Assembly (NCBI GenBank): GCA_964464475.1
Contig: CAYXGG010000008.1
Coordinates: 27,294-91,293 of the forward strand
Direction: 5' to 3'
DNA length: 64,000 nt
From: an uncultured Planctomycetales bacterium
GTDB taxonomy: Bacteria > Omnitrophota > Gorgyraeia > Zapsychrales > JAHFFX01
The notes beneath the pieces were generated by a model. The model had not been told where the DNA came from. It made no database searches and saw only the letters and a list, made by a program, of their open reading frames with translations. Made by a program: the position numbers and the translations under genes. This document shows, one piece after another, positions 38,654 through 51,139 of the stretch; within the stretch, counting starts at the first letter, position 1, and each line of letters opens with the position of its first letter.

Positions 38654-40447
38654 ATGAAAGACTATTTAAAGCTGTTATCGTTCTTGCGCGGCCATTTTCG
38701 CGTATTGGGCGTGGCGTCGCTGTTAATGCTTGTTTCCACGCTTTTTGATGGTATTCAGTTATCGTTGTTGGTTCCTTTAACGGACAAAATTCTTTCCAAG
38801 AATCAAATCATTTTGCCGGGCTACTCACCGGATTTCCTTAAAGATATTATCGCCAAAATCAATGCCACGGATTCTTTGACGCTGTTGCAGCAAATGCCGG
38901 TGTTTGTGATGGTGCTCTTGCTTTTGAAGGGGTTTTTTGCGTTTTGGTATGGCTACTTCATGAATGATTTGTCGCAGCGTGTGATGCGCGATATTCGTTT
39001 TCGACTCTATGAGAAAATTCAGCACCTGTCTTTAGATTATTTCAGTAAGAAAAGAACGGGGGAATTGATTTCAAGAATCACTAACGATGTTCAGACGGTT
39101 GAAAATGCGATATCGTATGGCGTTACGGACCTCATTCGGCAAACCTTCACGATCATTATGTTTATCAGCGTGGCTTTTGCGATTTACTTTAAGGTAGCGT
39201 TGGTTATTTTTTTGTTGTTTCCGTTGGTGGCGTTACCCATGGGGCAGATCGGACGCCGGTTGCGTAAAATTTCTAAAAGTTCGCAGGAAAAGATGGCGGA
39301 CATTAATTCTCTGCTGGTGGAAACTATTTCCGGAGTCAAAGTGGTCAAAGCTTTTTGTAATGAGAATTATGAAATCCAACGCTTTCATTCTCGAAATCAA
39401 GATTTTTATAAACTTAAAATGAAAGCGATTCGCCGGATGCTTTTGGTGACTCCCTTAACGGAAATTCTGGGCGCTATTTTTGGCGTCGGTATTCTTTGGT
39501 GGCTTGGTCGAGAAGTCATCTCTGGTCAGGTTTCTTTTGGTGTTTTCGCTCTATTTTTTGGTTCCATCATGTCGATTATCAGCCCCTTGAAAAAATTAGG
39601 CAATGTGCATGTCATTACGCAGCAGGCTTTGGCTGCCAACGAGCGGATTTATGAAGTTTTGGAGGCGAAGGTGACCGTTATGGAGAAGCCTCAAGCTCCC
39701 AGCTTGCCCATGATCAGGGAGGGGATTGAATTGGAGCATATTCATTTTTCGTACGATGAGGAATCTGGGGAAGTTTTGCGGAACATCAGTTTAAAAATAA
39801 AAGTAGGGGAGCTGGTGGCTATTGTTGGCCCGACAGGGACGGGGAAATCCACTTTGGCAAATTTAATTCCACGTTTTTATGACCCGCTGCGCGGTGTTGT
39901 AAAGTGGGATGGCATCGATATTCGTGATGTTTCTTTGAAATCTTTGCGCGGCCACATTGGGATCGTGGCCCAGGAGACGGTACTTTTTAATGATACCGTT
40001 CTTGCCAATATCGCTTATGGGCAGCGGGATGCTTCGCGCGATGAAGTAGAAGCCGCTGCTCGTAAAGCGTTTGCGCATCATTTTATTGAGAAGTTACCGA
40101 ATGGCTATGAAACGATTATCGGAGATAGAGGTTTTAGGCTTTCGGGTGGGGAGAAGCAGCGACTTTCCATTGCTCGCGCGATTCTAAAGAATCCACCGAT
40201 TTTGATTTTGGATGAGGCTACCTCGCAATTAGATTCCGAGTCAGAGAAATTTGTGCAAGAGGCACTGGATGAGTTGATGAAAGGGCGCACTGTTATTTGT
40301 ATTGCGCATCGATTGTCGACCATCAAGAAGGCGGATAAAATAATAGTTCTTGATCATGGGGCCGTGGTGGGAGTCGGACCGCACGAAGAAATATTGAAGA
40401 CGTGCCCGCTGTATCGACGTCTTTATGAGACCCAATTTCAGGCGTAA
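38654..40447 (+). CDS. msbA: lipid A export ABC transporter, fused permease/ATPase
   Basis: Six-TM domain plus NBD with Walker A GPTGTGKST, signature LSGGEKQR, Walker B ILILDEATS; adjacent to lpxB. Confidence 0.85.
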   Translation: MKDYLKLLSFLRGHFRVLGVASLLMLVSTLFDGIQLSLLVPLTDKILSKNQIILPGYSPDFLKDIIAKINATDSLTLLQQMPVFVMVLLLLKGFFAFWYGYFMNDLSQRVMRDIRFRLYEKIQHLSLDYFSKKRTGELISRITNDVQTVENAISYGVTDLIRQTFTIIMFISVAFAIYFKVALVIFLLFPLVALPMGQIGRRLRKISKSSQEKMADINSLLVETISGVKVVKAFCNENYEIQRFHSRNQDFYKLKMKAIRRMLLVTPLTEILGAIFGVGILWWLGREVISGQVSFGVFALFFGSIMSIISPLKKLGNVHVITQQALAANERIYEVLEAKVTVMEKPQAPSLPMIREGIELEHIHFSYDEESGEVLRNISLKIKVGELVAIVGPTGTGKSTLANLIPRFYDPLRGVVKWDGIDIRDVSLKSLRGHIGIVAQETVLFNDTVLANIAYGQRDASRDEVEAAARKAFAHHFIEKLPNGYETIIGDRGFRLSGGEKQRLSIARAILKNPPILILDEATSQLDSESEKFVQEALDELMKGRTVICIAHRLSTIKKADKIIVLDHGAVVGVGPHEEILKTCPLYRRLYETQFQA

Positions 40448-40530
40448 ATCGATTTGTGACATGCGTGCTTTGGGGGGTATTTAGAATTTAGAAAGTTTTG
40501 TTTAGTGAGGTTTGAGCGTAAAATATTTTC

Positions 40531-40559
40531 TTGCAATAAAAAAACTTATTGGATATACT
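40531..40559 (+). promoter_or_regulatory. near-consensus sigma70 promoter (TTGCAA-17-TATACT) upstream of rpsB
   Basis: Hexamers at 40531-40536 and 40554-40559 with 17-nt spacing; gives a leader of about 150 nt before rpsB. Confidence 0.5.
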
Positions 40560-40716
40560 AGGGCCTCAATTTGCAACCCGTCACGAAGGTTGTAGCTCAC
40601 GTAGATATATTCATAACCAGAAGTATTCGGGAAAGTTGCGTCTCGTTCTTTAACTACTATTAGAGAAAGGATGGGCGAATGGATGTTTAACCACAAGGGT
40701 TCACCACGGAGGTAAA

Positions 40717-41583
40717 ATGGCGGAAGAATTAATCAAGAAACTGTTGGAAGCGGGTGTTCATTTTGGACACCAAACGAAGCGTTGGAATCCTAAAATGAAG
40801 AAATTCATTTTTGGTGAACGCAGCGGTATTTATATTATTGATCTTGAAAAAACAACCGAGTACTTAAGTAAGGCTCGTGATTTTATTTATGAGATCGCTT
40901 CCAAAGGCGGTAACATTTTATTCGTGGGGACCAAGAAGCAAGCCCAGGACGTGATGCATGAAGCCGCCTCCCAGTGCGGCATGTTTTATGTCAAAAATCG
41001 CTGGATGGGAGGGTTGTTGACCAACTTTACGACGGTTAGAAAATCCATTGAACGTATGAAGGCTATCGAGCGCATGGCCGAAAACGGTATTTTTGACAAG
41101 CTCACCAAAAAAGAAGTTGCTCGTTTAACTAAAGAAAAAGAAAAACTTTTGCGAGATTTAGATGGTATTCGCGCGATGGGTGGTCTTCCCCAGGCGATTT
41201 TCCTGATTGATTCCAAGAAGGAAGAAATCGCGGTTCGGGAAGCTAACCGTTTGCGCATTCCTATCGTCGCGTTGATTGATACCAATTGTGATCCGGATTT
41301 AATTGATTATCCGATTCCGGGAAATGATGACGCAGTCAAATCTATCCGACTCGTATCTTCTTTGGTCGCGGAAAGTATTATGGAAGGTCGTAAACAATAC
41401 ATGACCAGTGAAATGGTCAAAGCCAAGATTGCGGAAGCTCAGAAACAGGAACAGGCGGTCGCAGCGAGCGTGGCCGCAGGCGAGACAGTGGTTGAGGTTG
41501 AAGTTTACGAGGATACAGTGACTGCGGTCGAGGATCGCCGTCGTACCGTCAAAACTAAAGTCGGTAAAGACAGCAAAGATTAA
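40717..41583 (+). CDS. rpsB: 30S ribosomal protein S2
   Basis: …[19 protein letters not shown]… hallmark; GGAGG SD. Confidence 0.95.
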   Translation: MAEELIKKLLEAGVHFGHQTKRWNPKMKKFIFGERSGIYIIDLEKTTEYLSKARDFIYEIASKGGNILFVGTKKQAQDVMHEAASQCGMFYVKNRWMGGLLTNFTTVRKSIERMKAIERMAENGIFDKLTKKEVARLTKEKEKLLRDLDGIRAMGGLPQAIFLIDSKKEEIAVREANRLRIPIVALIDTNCDPDLIDYPIPGNDDAVKSIRLVSSLVAESIMEGRKQYMTSEMVKAKIAEAQKQEQAVAASVAAGETVVEVEVYEDTVTAVEDRRRTVKTKVGKDSKD

Positions 41584-41614
41584 TCGCAAAATTTAAGATT
41601 GTGGAGAAATTAAC

Positions 41615-42145
41615 ATGAAAGCTACGATGGATGAAATCCGTGAGCTGCGCGAGCAAACCTCCTGCGGCGTGATTGATTGTAAAAAGGCGTTAGAGGAAGC
41701 TAAAGGTGATTTTTCTAAAGCCAAAGAGATTTTATTAAAACGCGGTTTGGAAATGGCTGCTAAGAAAGCAGGGCGCGTTGCTAAGGAAGGGCGCGTGGAA
41801 GGGTACATCCATTTGGGAAACAAAATTGGCGTTATTTTGGAAGTTAATTGTGAGACTGACTTTGTGGCCCGCAGCGAAGATTTTTGCGCTTTCACCAAAG
41901 ACGTCGCGATGCATATTGCGGCGATGTCTCCCAAATATATCAAGAAAGACGATATCCCCGCTGAGGTTCTCGCGACGGCTATTGATCAAAAGGATTTTGT
42001 TAAACAGACTTGTTTAATGGACCAGGCCTACGTTAAAGATCCCAAAATCACCATCCAGGATTACCTTAATTCGCTTATCGCCAAGATCGGTGAAAATATT
42101 TTCGTCGGTCGATTTGTTCGATTTAAGGTAGGCGAAAGTGAATAA
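41615..42145 (+). CDS. tsf: elongation factor Ts (short, 176-aa form)
   Basis: …[35 protein letters not shown]… UBA-like N-terminus of EF-Ts; conserved rpsB-tsf order. Confidence 0.9.
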   Translation: MKATMDEIRELREQTSCGVIDCKKALEEAKGDFSKAKEILLKRGLEMAAKKAGRVAKEGRVEGYIHLGNKIGVILEVNCETDFVARSEDFCAFTKDVAMHIAAMSPKYIKKDDIPAEVLATAIDQKDFVKQTCLMDQAYVKDPKITIQDYLNSLIAKIGENIFVGRFVRFKVGESE

Positions 42146-42857
42146 AAAACCCGTTTACCAAAGGATTCTTCTTAAGCTTAGTGGCGAAGCCTTGCAAGGC
42201 AGGCAGAGCCATGGCATTGAAGCTGAGATGTGTGCTTCTATTGCCGCTCAAATCAAGGAAGTCCTGGACCTGGGGGTCAAAGTTGCTTTGGTGGTGGGCG
42301 CGGGGAACATCTTTCGTGGCCAAGTTGAATCGAAACGATTTGGGTTGGATCGTGCCGTAGCTGATTATATGGGCATGCTCGCTACGGTTTTGAATGGATT
42401 GGCTTTGCAAAACGCTTTAGAAAAAATCGGTGTTCCGACAAGGGTCATGACGGCCATTGAAATGCATCAAGTGGCCGAACCTTATATCCGGCGACGGGCG
42501 TTACGACATTTGGAAAAAGGTCGAGTTATTATTTTTGTAGCCGGCACCGGTAATCCTTACTTTACGACTGATACCGCAGCCGCTTTGCGGGCTATGGAAA
42601 TTGACGCTAACGTAATTATGAAAGCTACAAAAGTCGACGGTGTTTATACCAGCGACCCCAAGAAAGATAAAAACGCGAGGAAGTTTGCTAAACTCAAATT
42701 TATTGATGTATTAAAAAAGAATTTGAAGGTCATGGACGCCACCGCCATCAGCATGTGCATGGATAACAACGTGCCTATCGTTGTTTTTGATTTAACCAAA
42801 GTGGGCAATATTAAAAAAGCGGTTTTGGGCGAGCCGATAGGGACCGTGGTCCACTAA
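42138..42857 (+). CDS. pyrH: UMP kinase
   Basis: …[11 protein letters not shown]…[10 protein letters not shown]…; GTG start overlapping the tsf stop. Confidence 0.9.
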   Translation: MNKKPVYQRILLKLSGEALQGRQSHGIEAEMCASIAAQIKEVLDLGVKVALVVGAGNIFRGQVESKRFGLDRAVADYMGMLATVLNGLALQNALEKIGVPTRVMTAIEMHQVAEPYIRRRALRHLEKGRVIIFVAGTGNPYFTTDTAAALRAMEIDANVIMKATKVDGVYTSDPKKDKNARKFAKLKFIDVLKKNLKVMDATAISMCMDNNVPIVVFDLTKVGNIKKAVLGEPIGTVVH

Positions 42858-42874
42858 TACGGGGGGATAAGGCG

Positions 42875-43438
42875 ATGATTAAAGAAGTCATTTCACAAAC
42901 AGAAGCGAAGATGAAGAAAGCGCTGGAATCAGTTTCCCGGGAATTCTTAGAAGTTCGAACCGGTAGAGCGCACACCGGTTTGATTGAAGGCATTCATGTG
43001 GATTATTATGGGACACCGACGATGCTTAAGTCGATGGCGGCGATTTCTGTCCCGGATGCTAAAACAATTGTAATTACGCCCTGGGATCTGACGGCTATCC
43101 CTGAAATCGAAAAAGCATTATCAAATTCTAAAATTGGCGGAACACCGATGAATGATGGGAAAGTCATCCGAATTTCTATCCCACCATTGTCTAAAGAGCG
43201 CCGACAGGAATTGACTAAAGTTGTTAAAGATATGGCGGAAAATGGCCGGGTATCGTTGCGAACTATTAGACGCGACAGTAATGACCGTATCAAGAAATTG
43301 CAAACTGAAAGTAAAGTGTCCGAAGATGAGAGTTTTAAAGGTCAGGATGCGATTCAAAAGATGACCGATAAGTTTATTAAGGAAGTTGATTTGATTCTGG
43401 AAAGTAAGAACAAAGAATTACTTGATTTTAAGATTTAG
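42875..43438 (+). CDS. frr: ribosome recycling factor
   Basis: Typical RRF length and sequence; conserved pyrH-frr order. Confidence 0.9.
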   Translation: MIKEVISQTEAKMKKALESVSREFLEVRTGRAHTGLIEGIHVDYYGTPTMLKSMAAISVPDAKTIVITPWDLTAIPEIEKALSNSKIGGTPMNDGKVIRISIPPLSKERRQELTKVVKDMAENGRVSLRTIRRDSNDRIKKLQTESKVSEDESFKGQDAIQKMTDKFIKEVDLILESKNKELLDFKI

Positions 43439-43455
43439 TTCATTGAAAGATTCTT

Positions 43456-43528
43456 GACCCACTAGCTCATCTGGCAGAGCACTGCCCTTTTAAGGCAGTT
43501 GTGCCGCGTTCGAGTCGCGGGTGGGTCA
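43456..43528 (+). tRNA. tRNA-Lys (anticodon TTT)
   Basis: Cloverleaf: acceptor GACCCAC/GTGGGTC, anticodon stem CTGCC/GGCAG with loop CTTTTAA, T-loop TTCGAGT; no encoded CCA. Confidence 0.85.
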
Positions 43529-43651
43529 CTAATTTAATTTTTGAGGGACGAAGGACGTTGGCGAGGGATGAAGTAATGATGAATGGCTCGTTATCGTACC
43601 CCGTTTATGCGAGTGTCAAAAGAGAGGTCGTTCCTCGTCCTTAAATAACAA

Positions 43652-43733
43652 GGGCGAGTGGCGGAATTGGTATACGCGCATGCCTTAGGAGCATGTGGGG
43701 TAACCCTTGGAGGTTCAAGTCCTCTCTCGCCCA
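43652..43733 (+). tRNA. tRNA-Leu (anticodon TAG), class II with long variable arm
   Basis: Acceptor GGGCGAG/CTCGCCC, anticodon stem CATGC/GCATG with loop CTTAGGA, variable arm GGGGTAACCC, T-loop TTCAAGT. Confidence 0.8.
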
Positions 43734-43798
43734 TAAATGATCGTTGTTTTATTCGCGTTTTAGTTGTAGAAAATTTTTATAATTTTCAAAGAAATTCT

Positions 43799-43873
43799 GC
43801 GGCGGTAATTCAGTGGTAGAATGCCTCCTTGCCAAGGAGGATGTCATGGGTTCGAGCCCCATCCGCCGCTCCA
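43799..43873 (+). tRNA. tRNA-Gly (anticodon GCC), CCA encoded
   Basis: Acceptor GCGGCGG/CCGCCGC, anticodon stem CCTCC/GGAGG with loop TTGCCAA, T-loop TTCGAGC, 3' CCA. Confidence 0.85.
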
Positions 43874-43906
43874 CCTATTCGTCTACACTAATTTTAAGGA
43901 GACTTC

Positions 43907-44377
43907 ATGAAAATTAGCGAGTTTCTGCATTCCAAGGCGATCTCCGCAGACCTGAAGGGCTCAACTAAGCAAGAAATTATCGAAGAAATGGTCAAGCAGC
44001 TTATTGCGGCGGGCGCTGTTGATAAGAAACACAAAAATAAATTGATGGAGATTCTTTTTGCTCGAGAAGCGTTAGGGTCGACGGCCATTGGTCAAGGCAT
44101 TGCTATCCCGCACGGCAAATGTGAGTATGTCACGAAGTTGGTGGCAAGTCTAGGTATCAGTAAAAAGGGTGTGGATTTTGATTCTCTCGATGGGGAACCC
44201 GCCTATATCTTTTTTCTTCTCGTCGCTCCCATTGATTCGGCCGGTCCTCATCTTAAGGCCCTGGCGCGGATATCGCGTTTGCTAAAAGATAAATTCTTTC
44301 GAGATCATCTTAAGAACGTCAAAGACGAAAAAACAATTCTCCACCTGATCTCCCAGGAAGACGAACGGATCCCCTAA
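43907..44377 (+). CDS. ptsN: PTS EIIA(Ntr)-type (fructose-family IIA) protein
   Basis: …IGQGIAIPHGK… active-site His context; about 155 aa; lies upstream of yvcK-ptsH-ptsI. Confidence 0.8.
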   Translation: MKISEFLHSKAISADLKGSTKQEIIEEMVKQLIAAGAVDKKHKNKLMEILFAREALGSTAIGQGIAIPHGKCEYVTKLVASLGISKKGVDFDSLDGEPAYIFFLLVAPIDSAGPHLKALARISRLLKDKFFRDHLKNVKDEKTILHLISQEDERIP

Positions 44378-44388
44378 AACCCGTCATC

Positions 44389-45630
44389 ATGCCACAAACA
44401 CTGCTTAAGTGGTTATATCCCGGCATTAAAATTAAACGTTGGTTATTCACTTCTCTTTTGGGAGTCGTGGTAGTCGCGTTTGGTGCCACGTTGGTAACCG
44501 CGCCATACCCACTGGTGAATGTGTTAGCCTATGTCATCATTGTAGTTGGTGTAATTTTTATTGTCTTGGGTATGTCTAAAATGCTTGTTTCCGTTCTGAC
44601 TCTTTTTCTACCAGATGGAGAAAAAGAGCTGGTGAATATCCTTTATCAGCGGCGTTTCTTGGAGCGGGGACCGAAGATAGTGACGATCGGCGGGGGGCAT
44701 GGTCTCTCGCAGCTATTATCAGGTTTAAAGGAATATTCTTCTAATATTACGGCCATTGTCACGGTGGCCGACAGCGGTGGTTCGTCTGGGCGTTTACGCG
44801 AAGAATTTAATATTGTGGCTCCGGGAGACATCCGTAATTGCTTGGTGGCTTTGGCGGACGCGCCTGCGTTAATGGGTGAGCTCTTTCAATTTCGTTTTTC
44901 TAAGGAGTCACAACTCCAGGGCCATAATTTTGGTAACCTATTTCTGACGGCCATGTATCAAGTGACGGGTGGCGATTTTGAAAAAGCAGTGGAAGAGTGC
45001 AGCAAAGTTTTGGCTATTCGAGGAAAAGTTGTTCCTTCGACAGTGAGTTATGTTCACCTGATCGCGGAATATGAAGACGGAAAACGTACCCAAGGCGAGG
45101 ATAAGATTCCTCGGCCGAATGTGAAAATTCAACACTTAACAATGACGCCTGCTGATGCGAAACCAACTAAGGATGCCTTAGAGGCCATTCGCCAGGCGGA
45201 CATTATTATTTTGGGTCCGGGAAGCTTGTATACGAGTGTTATCCCCAATTTAATTATTCAGGGCATGGCGGAAGCGATTGCGACGTGTAATGCTTATAAA
45301 ATATACGTTTGTAACGTCATGACTCAGCCTGGAGAAACGGATGGCTACTCGGTTTGTGATCATTTACGCGCTATTATTGATCACGCTCAAACAAAAGTTG
45401 TCGACGCTTGCCTAGCTAACGATGCTCAGATTCCGGTCGATGCTTTAGGGCGTTATGAACATGAACATTCATTTCCGGTAAAGTTGGATACCGATCGAGT
45501 CAAAGAACTTGGCGTTAAAATGATTGCGACCGATTTGTTGGGTGTTAGTAATTACGTAAGGCATGATCCGGAAAAGTTGACTAAGGCTTTAATCAAATTG
45601 ATCGAAACTCATCGCGTGATTAAGCGTTAA
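44389..45630 (+). CDS. YvcK/CofD-like gluconeogenesis factor (UPF0052) with N-terminal TM extension
   Basis: …IVTIGGGHGLS…VADSGGSSGRLR… signature; two N-terminal TM helices. Confidence 0.85.
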   Translation: MPQTLLKWLYPGIKIKRWLFTSLLGVVVVAFGATLVTAPYPLVNVLAYVIIVVGVIFIVLGMSKMLVSVLTLFLPDGEKELVNILYQRRFLERGPKIVTIGGGHGLSQLLSGLKEYSSNITAIVTVADSGGSSGRLREEFNIVAPGDIRNCLVALADAPALMGELFQFRFSKESQLQGHNFGNLFLTAMYQVTGGDFEKAVEECSKVLAIRGKVVPSTVSYVHLIAEYEDGKRTQGEDKIPRPNVKIQHLTMTPADAKPTKDALEAIRQADIIILGPGSLYTSVIPNLIIQGMAEAIATCNAYKIYVCNVMTQPGETDGYSVCDHLRAIIDHAQTKVVDACLANDAQIPVDALGRYEHEHSFPVKLDTDRVKELGVKMIATDLLGVSNYVRHDPEKLTKALIKLIETHRVIKR

Positions 45631-45646
45631 GTCAGGGATAAGTATT

Positions 45647-45910
45647 ATGCCTAAATTAGAAAAAGAAGTCGTAATCATGAATCCACAAGGGCTGCACGCG
45701 CGTCCTGCGGCGGGGTTGGTTCAGATCGCGGCTAAGTATGATTCAAAGGTGACGGTGAAAAAAGGTAGTGAGTCCGTCAACGGTAAGTCGATCATGGGAA
45801 TTTTGATGCTCGGAGCCCAGCATCAAAATAAAATTACGTTAATCGTTGAGGGGCCGGACGCAGAAGCCGCGCTTAAGGATCTGGAAGCGTATTTAAGTCA
45901 ACATGAATGA
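45647..45910 (+). CDS. ptsH: phosphocarrier protein HPr
   Basis: …[11 protein letters not shown]… (His15 context) and the Ser46 region …GKSIMGI…. Confidence 0.9.
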   Translation: MPKLEKEVVIMNPQGLHARPAAGLVQIAAKYDSKVTVKKGSESVNGKSIMGILMLGAQHQNKITLIVEGPDAEAALKDLEAYLSQHE

Positions 45911-47666
45911 AATCGTCATCAAAGGAATTCCCGCCGCTCCCGGCATTGCCTGTGGATCAGCTTTTATCCTCGATAAACAGGATTTTATCGTGCCGGCCCG
46001 CGCGATCATTGATCAGGAAATTCCGATTGAAATAGCCCGTTTTGAAGAGGCCCTGATTAAAACCCGCGGTGAAATTCTGGATTTGCAGAAGAAAATCAGC
46101 GCGGAAATGGACGGCCAGAATGCCAAAATTTTTGACGCGCATCTTCTGGTCTTGGAAGATCGCATGTTGATTGAAGATGTCGTCAAACATATTAAGAAAG
46201 AGAAGCTTTCCGCCGAGTATATTTTCTCTATGACTCTTAAGAAATATGTTAAGGCCATGGGAAAAATTGAAGACGAATATTTACGTGAGCGTGCGGGAGA
46301 CTTTAATGATATTGGTCGACGGGTTTTAAAGAACCTGATGGATGAAAATAAGCTACATGAATTTGAGAATCTGACAGAAAAAATTATTATTGTGGCGCAT
46401 GACCTGTCTCCCTCGGATACGATCACGATGTATCACAAAAACATTCTGGCTTTTGTGACGGATATTGGTGGTCGGACATCGCACACGGCTATTATGGCTA
46501 AGTCTCTGGGCGTTCCTGCCGTGGTGGGGTTGAAAGATGCTACGTTAAAAATTACCAACCAAGATGTCCTGATCGTGGATGGCCGCATGGGGCTTGTTAT
46601 TGTGAACCCTTTAGCCCAGACTCAGGAAATTTATCAGAAGGAACAAAATCGTATTTTTGCTTTGAAGGACCGTTTTGCCGATAGTAAGGACCTTCCCGCG
46701 CAAACCTTAGATGGGAAAAAAGTCGAGATTTTGGCGAATCTTGAACTCCCCGAAGAAATCCCGCTTATTGTGAAATCCGGCGCGAGTGGCATCGGGTTGT
46801 ATCGTACGGAATTCATGTTTATGAACCGTCTGGATTTGCCCACCGAGGAAGAACAGTTTGTCATGTATCGTCAGGTGGCTCAAGCTATGTCCGGCAATCC
46901 GGTGACGATTCGAACCTTGGATTTGGGGGGAGACAAATTTATTTCTAGTGTTCAAATTCCGCGAGATATGTCTCCATTTTTGGGTTGGCGGGCCATTCGT
47001 TTTTGTTTAGCCAGACCAGATATATTTAAGACTCAATTACGTGCTATTTTGCGAGCGTCCGTTCACGGGAAATTGAAGTTAATGTATCCGATGATTTCCG
47101 GCCCCGGAGAATTAAGAGAGGCGAACCGTATTTTGAATGAAGTCAAGGCGAGTCTACGGGCGGAAAATATTCCTTTCGATGAAAGCATGCCGGTTGGCGT
47201 CATGGTGGAGGTGCCCTCCGCGGTCATCACGGCAGATATGTTGGCCAAAGAAGCCAAATTTTTTAGCATCGGCACCAATGATTTGATCCAATACACGTTA
47301 GCGGTTGATCGGGTCAATGAACAGACAGCGCATTTGTACGAGCCCGGTCATCCGGCAGTTTTAAGGTCAATCAAAATGGCGATTGAGGCCGGTCATAAAG
47401 AAAACATCCATGTTGGGTTGTGTGGTGAAATGTCATCAGAGCCGGCGCTGGCCTTGTTGTTATTAGGGTTGGGTCTTGATGAATTCAGCATGTCGCCGAT
47501 GAGTGTTCTACAGATTAAGAACTTAATTAGGAGTGTTCGGTATGAGGACGCTCAACAGCTGGCGCTGAGGGCTATGAGTTTATCAACCGGGCAAGAAGTA
47601 GAAGAGATCGCCGTGGCTAAGGTGAAAGAGTTGGCGCCACAGATTTTTTCTTCAGGGGAGAAATAA
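45903..47666 (+). CDS. ptsI: phosphoenolpyruvate-protein phosphotransferase (Enzyme I)
   Basis: …[11 protein letters not shown]… phospho-His region; C-terminal PEP-utilising domain with …GLCGEM…. Confidence 0.9.
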   Translation: MNEIVIKGIPAAPGIACGSAFILDKQDFIVPARAIIDQEIPIEIARFEEALIKTRGEILDLQKKISAEMDGQNAKIFDAHLLVLEDRMLIEDVVKHIKKEKLSAEYIFSMTLKKYVKAMGKIEDEYLRERAGDFNDIGRRVLKNLMDENKLHEFENLTEKIIIVAHDLSPSDTITMYHKNILAFVTDIGGRTSHTAIMAKSLGVPAVVGLKDATLKITNQDVLIVDGRMGLVIVNPLAQTQEIYQKEQNRIFALKDRFADSKDLPAQTLDGKKVEILANLELPEEIPLIVKSGASGIGLYRTEFMFMNRLDLPTEEEQFVMYRQVAQAMSGNPVTIRTLDLGGDKFISSVQIPRDMSPFLGWRAIRFCLARPDIFKTQLRAILRASVHGKLKLMYPMISGPGELREANRILNEVKASLRAENIPFDESMPVGVMVEVPSAVITADMLAKEAKFFSIGTNDLIQYTLAVDRVNEQTAHLYEPGHPAVLRSIKMAIEAGHKENIHVGLCGEMSSEPALALLLLGLGLDEFSMSPMSVLQIKNLIRSVRYEDAQQLALRAMSLSTGQEVEEIAVAKVKELAPQIFSSGEK

Positions 47667-47668
47667 AT

Positions 47669-48460
47669 ATGAGTTTTGGTAATTTTTTAAAAAATTTCTT
47701 GGGTTCATCTGGTCAACGGAGAGTCAAAGTCTTAGTGCTGGCGGGAGGTTATGGGACGCGTCTTCAGCAGATCGCTAAAGATGTGCCCAAGCCGTTGTTG
47801 CCTATTCGTAATCGCCCTTTGATTGATTATATTTTAGATAAAATTCAGGGATTGTCCGGCCTGCAAGAAGTGTTAGTCGTGACCAACAATAAGTTTGCTC
47901 AGGTTTTTGAGAAATGGGCGACGGCTAAGGGTTTCTCTGTACCGATTAAAGTGATTAATGACGGAACGAATACTCCCGAGGAGCGTTTAGGATCTATGGG
48001 AGATATTAATTTTGTGATTGAGCGTGAATCTCTTAATGCTGACGTATTGGTGATTGGCGGAGACAATTTGTTTGATTATGCTTTGACTGAATTCTTGATT
48101 TTCGCTCAGCGTCAACAAGAGAACACCACGATTGGTCTTTATGACGTTGGTGAAAAAACTAAGGCTAAGATTTATGGCGTGGTAACCTTGGATGCACAAG
48201 GGAAGCTGACCTCTTTTGAAGAGAAACCAGCCGAGCCCAAATCGAGTTTGATCGGTATGTGCTTGTATTATTATCCGCAAAAATCTTTAGGTCTGGTTGG
48301 GCAGTATTTGCGAGAGACTCAAAAGTCGGATACCGCGGGGGATTATATACGGTGGCTTTATCAAAAACAGCCAGTTTATGGTTTTAAATTTTCCGGCAAA
48401 TGGTATGATATCGGCAGTGTTGAATCGTATTATGATGCGGAAAAGAATTTTAAAGGGTAA
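47669..48460 (+). CDS. sugar-phosphate nucleotidyltransferase
   Basis: N-terminal LAGGYGTRLQ…KPLLPI motif of the NTP_transferase family. Confidence 0.75.
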   Translation: MSFGNFLKNFLGSSGQRRVKVLVLAGGYGTRLQQIAKDVPKPLLPIRNRPLIDYILDKIQGLSGLQEVLVVTNNKFAQVFEKWATAKGFSVPIKVINDGTNTPEERLGSMGDINFVIERESLNADVLVIGGDNLFDYALTEFLIFAQRQQENTTIGLYDVGEKTKAKIYGVVTLDAQGKLTSFEEKPAEPKSSLIGMCLYYYPQKSLGLVGQYLRETQKSDTAGDYIRWLYQKQPVYGFKFSGKWYDIGSVESYYDAEKNFKG

Positions 48461-48487
48461 CACTAACATAGAAAGGAAGGCCGCGCA

Positions 48488-50900
<2,413 letters not shown>

Positions 50901-51139
50901 GCGTCAATAGTGAACAACATCTGATTGTCAAATAAGTCTTGAAAAAATTTGTGCCGGGTCGAACCTTGTTGCTCATTCGGTTGCGAAATTAAAACTTGTT
51001 CGTCAATTGGAGCTTGTCCTTGTTTTTAGTCTCAGGCTAGCAGTGTGGTTAGTTGGAACTCACTGATAGCCTGATTCTGTTTATTGCTTTTTTTCTGAAA
51101 GTCGCATCTGAAGCAAAGCTCTATAAAGGAGGAATGCTG

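Noticed and set aside
43456-43873. tRNA cluster as an integration hotspot or island boundary
   Set aside because: The flanking genes (frr upstream, ptsN-yvcK-ptsH-ptsI downstream) are core housekeeping genes, and no integrase or attachment-site repeat was seen.
51032-51095. Hairpin TCAGGCTA…TAGCCTGA plus T-rich tract upstream of the DUF4139 gene as a terminator for metK-ahcY
   Set aside because: The loop is about 26 nt and the stem is only 8 bp; it lies about 130 nt from the ahcY stop, so it is too weak to call.
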